Source: a bacterium (GTDB taxonomy: Bacteria; UBA8248). Taken from it: a stretch of DNA of 64,000 nucleotides. Shown in pieces: positions 58,415 through 64,000 of the stretch (positions are counted from its first letter, which is position 1; every line of letters starts with the position of its first letter). Position numbers and translations under genes: made by a program. The notes beneath the pieces are model-generated. The model was not told where the DNA came from. It did no database searches and saw nothing but the letters and a program-made list of their open reading frames with translations. Location: positions 2,720,001-2,784,000 of the forward strand of contig OZ241326.1 in the NCBI GenBank assembly GCA_965199855.1, in the 5' to 3' direction.

Positions 58415-59791
58415 TCATCGCGCCCTCTCCCGTTCCGCCGCTATCTTCTCCGCCAGCCAGAGCTCATACTCGGAGTTGATCTTGACGCTCTCCTCCGGAA
58501 GCATCGTGATATGCCCTATCTTCTCTCCCAGAAATTTTCCGGCCAGTATCGAATCCGCCCGGCTCAGATAAATCGCCCCGTTTTCCCTGAACATCGCCTT
58601 CCTCTCCAGACGCAGCGTTCTGTCGAGGGTGCCATTCAGGAGAACAAGTCCGTTCTTCCCGTGGTGATAGAAAAGAGAAATGTCCTCGGTTATCGATATG
58701 ACGGAATCAACGCCGAAAATCGTCATCGTGTCTACGGCTTTATCAATATGCCCGCTTTTCCGAAAAGGCGTGTTGACGTAGCAGGTGCAAACGGCGTCGG
58801 GAGAATAGCCCTGCTTCTCCTCCATTGTCCTCAAGGCATGGACCGCGGCGTCCGAAGCCCTGGAAATTCGATTCGTCAACCCCTTGGGTCGGCGAACGCA
58901 GTCCACTCCCTCGAATCGCTTCGCGTAATCCAGGACCTCCTCGTCTCCTGAGGATACGACGACCCTATCGACAGACTCCGCTTCCTGGATCTGCTCCAGC
59001 GTCCGTTCCAGCAGGGTTTTTCCCATGAATTCCGCAAGAGGATTCCCCGGCGCGAATTCGGCGTCCACGACAACGGGAACGAACGCCAGAACTGCGGGCT
59101 TTCGGGAAAGCTTCATCTCCGCCACCACCCGCCGCTTGATTCGGCGGCGCGCTTCCAGCAGAAGCTCCCGGGACTTCGACAGACCGCCGCCGTGCTGGCG
59201 ATAATAGAAAAGGGGCACGTTCACGTTGCAAGGGCGATGACTCTGGATGAACTTCAACCACATTCCATAGCCGTCCTGGCGATTGAACTCCTCGAAGTAG
59301 CCGCCTATGCCCAGCAGGATTTCCTTGCGAATCATGCAGCAGGCGCCGTGGGCCGGCATATCCAGCAAATCGACTTCTTCATCTATCTTCTGGCGGCGAA
59401 CGATCCTGATGATCTCCCCGTTCTCGTCAATCTCGTAATAATCAGGAAAAACGAGTCCCGCCTCCGGCTTCTTGTCGAGCGCGTTGGAAAGAACCAGCAG
59501 GATGTTCTCGTCCAGGAAATCATCCGCGTCCAGACGCATCAGATATTCGCCCCTGGCGATGCGCATGGCGATGTTGTTCGTGACGTTCAACCCCTTGTTC
59601 TCTTGCTGAAAAACCCGGATCCGGGGATGCGCCCTGTATTTTTCAAGGAGCGCAGGCGTGTCGTCGGTCGATCCGTCATCGATGACGATCAGCTCCCAGT
59701 CGTCCATGGTCTGGTTCAGCACGCTGCGAACGGCGGCGTCGAGAAAGCGGGCGTAGTTGTAGGCGGGAATGTACACCGTAACCTTAGGCAT
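58415..59791 (-). CDS. GT2 glycosyltransferase fused to a cytidylyltransferase-like domain
   Basis: IPAYN, DDGSTD, LDADD; C-half NTPFR, ENGAIY, SVKINS. Confidence 0.82.
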   Translation of the reverse strand: MPKVTVYIPAYNYARFLDAAVRSVLNQTMDDWELIVIDDGSTDDTPALLEKYRAHPRIRVFQQENKGLNVTNNIAMRIARGEYLMRLDADDFLDENILLVLSNALDKKPEAGLVFPDYYEIDENGEIIRIVRRQKIDEEVDLLDMPAHGACCMIRKEILLGIGGYFEEFNRQDGYGMWLKFIQSHRPCNVNVPLFYYRQHGGGLSKSRELLLEARRRIKRRVVAEMKLSRKPAVLAFVPVVVDAEFAPGNPLAEFMGKTLLERTLEQIQEAESVDRVVVSSGDEEVLDYAKRFEGVDCVRRPKGLTNRISRASDAAVHALRTMEEKQGYSPDAVCTCYVNTPFRKSGHIDKAVDTMTIFGVDSVISITEDISLFYHHGKNGLVLLNGTLDRTLRLERKAMFRENGAIYLSRADSILAGKFLGEKIGHITMLPEESVKINSEYELWLAEKIAAERERAR

Positions 59792-59835
59792 GTCGCTCCA
59801 TCCCATGCGCGATGAATTTCGGGTCCGCGACTGCC

Positions 59836-61428
59836 CTACTCGACCATGTCGAGGGTCAGCACCTGATCCGCCCGGATGTCCGTGCCGGCCTTTTTGCCGA
59901 TGAGGTCGTCGATCATCCAGCCCGGCAGGCCGTCGGCGGGCCGCTTCATGCCCAGCATGGCGGATTCTATCGTCTCCCCGCGCTGAATGTCCCGCTCGGC
60001 GACGATGCTGCGCCTCGCGCCGCTCCGGGCGGCGCTTTCACGATCGGCGACCTCGAGCGCGCCGCTGCCCAGAACGGTCTCCGCGAGGCGGACGTTTTCC
60101 ACCATTTTCCTCAAATCCCCCGGGTTCATCGAAAAGAAATGCCCCGAGCCGGTCAATTCGCGATCCAGCGTGTAGTGCTTTTCAATGACTTTCGCTCCGA
60201 GGGCCACGCTCAGGGAAGGGATGATCATGCGCGCGTCCGGCTCCGTGTGATCGGAGAGGCCGACGATGACGCCGGGATATCTCTCCGCCAGGGAGCGGAC
60301 GCGGAGAAGGTTCGCGTCCTCATTCGTCGTCGGGTAGCTCAACATGCAGGCCATGATGATGAGTTGATGGTTGCCCGCGCCGAGGATCGTCGAAATGGCC
60401 CGCTCAATCTCCTCCGCCGTCGAGCCGCCGGTCGAAAGAATCACGGGCTTGCCGAAGCCGGCCACTCGTCTGAGCAGCCGGCTGTCGGGAAGATCGCAGG
60501 AAGCTATCTTGAAAAGCGACATGCCCAAGTCGTTCAACATGCTCGCGCTCTCCGGGTCGAAAGGCGTGGAGAACGGGATGACGCCCTTGCCAAGGGCGTA
60601 TGCGAAAAGCTCCTCATATTCGGAGGCGCCGAAGCGATCCAGCTGACGATAATACTCTATCTGCGGTATCCGCTTCCCTTTCCAGTAGGTCGTGGCCTCC
60701 TTGCGCGTCAGGCGCTCCGCCTTGTAGGTCTGGAACTTGATCGCGTCCGCCCCGGCTTCGGCGGCCAGGTCGATCATCTCCCTGGCCATCCCCATGTCGC
60801 ACATGTGGTTGCAGGCGGCCTCCGCGATCAGAAAGACGGGATGGCCCGCGCCTATCCTTCTGCTCCCGACGGAAATCTCCTTCGCGTATGGGCTCATTTC
60901 ATGCCGCGCCATGGCGAGGTCGAAAGCGGTGTGAACGTTGACGCAGTCGTCCCGGACGGCGGACGGATACAAAGGCGGGTTCGAGGCCAGCGCCCTCGCG
61001 CTCAGAATGCGGAGCGCCCCGTTTCGCCTTCCGCTTCCGTCCACCGTGCACAGGTCGTCTATCCCCTCCTCCTTGACGTATCGCAACAGGGCGTCGAGGT
61101 CGCTTCTTCTGTTCGGATGATCGGGCTGGATTCCGACGACGAAAGAAGCGTCCTCGTCCCTCAATTCGCCGGCGACCGCCCGATACACATCGACAAGAGG
61201 CGCTTCGCCGGCGAGCTCCTCGCCCCGAAAATGAACCGCCGCGCCGTTTCGCCTGCCAATCTCCGCAATATCCTCGGAGTCGGTCGATACGACGATTTTG
61301 TCCACGCTCCTGAATTTCTTCGCGTAATCAATGGCGCGCGCGACCAGCGAGACGCCGTTGACCTCCAGGAGGTTCTTGTCCGCCAGACGGCTGGAATGCC
61401 GCTTGGCCGGTATGACGGCGACTATCAT
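59836..61428 (-). CDS. Cytidylyltransferase (NeuA-like) fused to N-acetylneuraminate synthase family (NeuB) with SAF domain
   Basis: IPAKRHSSRLADKN then IAEAACNH, KFQT, STPFD, KIAS, GLSDHT, IEKH, RRS..KRP. Confidence 0.88.
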   Translation of the reverse strand: MIVAVIPAKRHSSRLADKNLLEVNGVSLVARAIDYAKKFRSVDKIVVSTDSEDIAEIGRRNGAAVHFRGEELAGEAPLVDVYRAVAGELRDEDASFVVGIQPDHPNRRSDLDALLRYVKEEGIDDLCTVDGSGRRNGALRILSARALASNPPLYPSAVRDDCVNVHTAFDLAMARHEMSPYAKEISVGSRRIGAGHPVFLIAEAACNHMCDMGMAREMIDLAAEAGADAIKFQTYKAERLTRKEATTYWKGKRIPQIEYYRQLDRFGASEYEELFAYALGKGVIPFSTPFDPESASMLNDLGMSLFKIASCDLPDSRLLRRVAGFGKPVILSTGGSTAEEIERAISTILGAGNHQLIIMACMLSYPTTNEDANLLRVRSLAERYPGVIVGLSDHTEPDARMIIPSLSVALGAKVIEKHYTLDRELTGSGHFFSMNPGDLRKMVENVRLAETVLGSGALEVADRESAARSGARRSIVAERDIQRGETIESAMLGMKRPADGLPGWMIDDLIGKKAGTDIRADQVLTLDMVE

Positions 61429-62585
61429 TTGGCTCTGGCCGCTTTCCGTATGCGCGCGAACTCGCCCTGAAGCATTCGCTCCAGAACACCCACGCAGGAA
61501 TCCACCGAACGCAGCTGCGGCTCATCGATCGGGGCGCGCCGAAGCGCGCCCGGCTCCCGCTTTACAAGCCAACTATCAAGCAATTCGGCGAATTCCGCAA
61601 GTGAACGCGCCTCCTGAAGCACCCCGGGAGAGTCCTCGAAAAAACCGGGGACGCCGGAGAGGGAATCCAGCCGGAGGCTGATCGTTGGCCGGCCGCAATA
61701 CATCGCCTCATACAGAATCATCGAGTCGAATCCCAATACGAGATCAGAGCCACATGCGATTTCAAGAGAGGAGGCGCCGGCGTCTATGGTCGCGCCGGGA
61801 AGCGGCGACGCATCGGCTTTCCATTCCTCGATCTCTTTGGGGTGAAGGCCCACGAAAAATTTCGCCTCACGCCCTGTCTCGCGGATTTTTTCCTCGCAGC
61901 GGCGAAGCGCATCCGCGACGATTCCAGCCCTTTCTCCCTCCAGAAACGGGCGAACAGCGAGCCTTCCGCCGCGGCGGACGAATACCGGCTGGGTAAAAAG
62001 AGCGCAAACAAAGTCACCCTTGCGAACGCCGCGCGCTTTTCTGAACTCCTCCGCTCCTCTCCGCTTGCGCGAACGCAGCGCATCGAGGCGCGGGTGTCCC
62101 ACGACGGCCATGCGGCCGGGCGGTATTCCCTCCGCCATCCCTCTCTCCCTCGACCATTCGTCAATAACGCCAAGCACGTCCGGGAGATAGGCGAAGTCTT
62201 TCTCCCCGCCATGAACACTGCCCCAGCCCTTCCAGTGGTCCATCAGCGCGAAGCTCGGTATCCCCAGTTCCCTTGCCGCCGCGACCAGGCGTCCGTTTGA
62301 AGGATCGTATTCATTGTTCGACAGCGCGCAAAACATGGCGTCAGGCGAGAAGCGCGAAAGCAGACCCCTTGCGCCCTCAACGCTTAGCGGCGGCCAATCC
62401 GCAAGGGCGCCCAGATGGACGGCCTCGATGTCCTGCTCCTGAAACACCTCCCTGGCGAAAAGATGCGCCACGACGCGAAGGCGATATTTCCTTGAGCGAA
62501 CAAGCCTCTTGACGACGGGCGAAATTGCGCGCGCGCCGCCCGCGTCCTGGGCATAAACCAAAACAAGGGGACCATCGGCATTCAC
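61425..62585 (-). CDS. Uncharacterised carbohydrate-biosynthesis protein (GT-B-like)
   Basis: AQDAGGA, DHW, VVGHPRLD, HPKE; GTGA and ATGA overlaps with neighbours. Confidence 0.55.
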   Translation of the reverse strand: MNADGPLVLVYAQDAGGARAISPVVKRLVRSRKYRLRVVAHLFAREVFQEQDIEAVHLGALADWPPLSVEGARGLLSRFSPDAMFCALSNNEYDPSNGRLVAAARELGIPSFALMDHWKGWGSVHGGEKDFAYLPDVLGVIDEWSRERGMAEGIPPGRMAVVGHPRLDALRSRKRRGAEEFRKARGVRKGDFVCALFTQPVFVRRGGRLAVRPFLEGERAGIVADALRRCEEKIRETGREAKFFVGLHPKEIEEWKADASPLPGATIDAGASSLEIACGSDLVLGFDSMILYEAMYCGRPTISLRLDSLSGVPGFFEDSPGVLQEARSLAEFAELLDSWLVKREPGALRRAPIDEPQLRSVDSCVGVLERMLQGEFARIRKAARAK

Positions 62586-63868
62586 GCGAAGGCCCGCAGC
62601 GCATCGGCGTTCTTTCGTATCTTCTCCACCGCGAGGACGAACTCTTCGATTTCCCGCCCGGTGTTCGGGTATCGGCAAATGTTGGTCACAAGCAGTTCCT
62701 TCTCCCAAAGCCGCTCGACGACGGGGCAGATTCCCTTCGCATACGATGCGCCGCCGTTCGCGCCGGCGGAAAAAGGGTATCCCCCTTTTCCATACGCGCT
62801 TCTCTTCCGATACATCGGCTCGAGATATATGGGCCGCACATACCCCTCCGCCGCCTGAACGCCCTCCGCTCTGAGGGCTCTCGCGAAAACCTCGCGGGAG
62901 ACGCCCGTCTTCCTTTCGTCATACTTCATGGCGTAAAGATAATAGACGTGGGCGCAGCCCGGAGCCGTCGCCGGAGGCGCCAGGAAATCGAATTCGGCAA
63001 GCTGGCGGGTCAGGTCTTCGGCGAGGCGGACGCGAACGCCCGTCAGTTCGTCAATCTTGGCGAATTGCGCGATGCCGACGGCAGCGCATATTTCCGCCAG
63101 GCGATAGTTGAAGCCGACCATGTTCGTCATCTCTTCCCGGCCCATGGGCCCGACGACGACCTCCCCGTGGTTGCGCTTCAGCCGCATGTGAAGCGCCAGC
63201 TCCTCATCGCTCGTGAGGGCGACTCCCCCTTCGCCGCATTGGATGACCTTGTGATAATTCAGGCTCTGGACGCCCACATCCCCTATGGTTCCCGTCTTTC
63301 GTCCCGCGCACTCCGCAAGCGGCGCCTGCGCGTTGTCCTCAATCAGCAGGAGACCATGCTTGTCAGCCAGAGCGCGAAGCTCCATCAAGGCGGATGGATG
63401 CCCGAACAGATTGACCGCAAGAATGGCGCGGGTTCTCTCGCTTATCAAAGACTCGACCGAAGAAGGATCGACGCAGAAGGTCGCATCCTCCACGTCGGCG
63501 AAGACGGGAATCGCGTTTTGCATCAAGATGCTGCTCGCCGTGGCGCTCATGGTGAACGGCGACGTGATGATTTCCTCCCCGGGCTCGACCCCCGTCGCCG
63601 CCACGGCGCAATGCAGGGCGGACGTCGCCGAATTCACCGATACCGCGTGCCTTGCGCCAAACCTCTCGGCGAAAAGCCGCTCGAGCTTCTTGACCTTCGC
63701 GCCGCCGAGGAAGCGATCCGAATGGGTTCCAGAGAACCCTGAAAGGCGCTGGCTTCGTAGGCAGTCGAGAACCTCCGCTTCCTCGGCCTGATCGACCATG
63801 GTGGTATGCGCGGCGTAAGGCTCCTTGCGGACAGGCTCCCCGCCCAGCAGCGCCAGTTCTCCGCCCAC
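62582..63868 (-). CDS. DegT/DnrJ/EryC1/StrS aminotransferase
   Basis: VNSATSAL, IEDNAQA, SLNYHKVIQCGEGG, GFNYR. Confidence 0.92.
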   Translation of the reverse strand: MGGELALLGGEPVRKEPYAAHTTMVDQAEEAEVLDCLRSQRLSGFSGTHSDRFLGGAKVKKLERLFAERFGARHAVSVNSATSALHCAVAATGVEPGEEIITSPFTMSATASSILMQNAIPVFADVEDATFCVDPSSVESLISERTRAILAVNLFGHPSALMELRALADKHGLLLIEDNAQAPLAECAGRKTGTIGDVGVQSLNYHKVIQCGEGGVALTSDEELALHMRLKRNHGEVVVGPMGREEMTNMVGFNYRLAEICAAVGIAQFAKIDELTGVRVRLAEDLTRQLAEFDFLAPPATAPGCAHVYYLYAMKYDERKTGVSREVFARALRAEGVQAAEGYVRPIYLEPMYRKRSAYGKGGYPFSAGANGGASYAKGICPVVERLWEKELLVTNICRYPNTGREIEEFVLAVEKIRKNADALRAFA

Positions 63869-63883
63869 GACGTCCCCTCCGCG

Positions 63884-64000
63884 TCAAAGAGGCTTCATTT
63901 CCCCAATCGTATTCGATGAGAGAACAGCCTCGCAAATTTCAATCGCCCTCGCCCCGTCCCGCAGCGCGCACGCGGGCGCGCCTCCGACTCGCAGGCATTC
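63884..64000 (-). CDS. C-terminal end of an upstream gene, probably Gfo/Idh/MocA oxidoreductase (partial)
   Basis: ECLRVGGAPACALRDGARAIEICEAVLSS..* resembles a Gfo/Idh/MocA C-terminus. Confidence 0.5.
   Translation of the reverse strand, partial: ECLRVGGAPACALRDGARAIEICEAVLSSNTIGEMKPL

Overview
High-GC bacterial chromosomal window; taxonomy cannot be fixed from sequence alone. Left end (1-4.7 kb): a glycosyltransferase/flippase operon. 5-25 kb and 30-37 kb: mixed metabolic and transport genes, including three 3-hydroxyisobutyrate-DH-family paralogues, three MBL-fold hydrolases, MoeB, inositol-3-P synthase, Nth, tRNA-Arg(CCG) and a TAXI/TRAP transporter with a frameshifted permease. 37-64 kb: a large surface-polysaccharide/nonulosonic-acid locus. 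Four things stand out. (1) A low-GC, translationally coupled three-gene insert (25.3-29.9 kb) encoding a HerA/DUF87 ATPase, a NurA nuclease and an amino-DNA methyltransferase, next to a truncated sulfatase; it is a candidate restriction-modification-like defence system. (2) An AhpD/CMD-family gene with an in-frame TGA in a CxxU motif followed by a SECIS-like hairpin (probable selenoprotein). (3) A 2-kb non-coding mosaic of REP-like palindromes that contains a ~290-bp direct repeat. (4) A G13 homopolymer at the start of the initiating sugar transferase (possible phase variation). All product calls come from motifs recognised by eye; no database searches were run.
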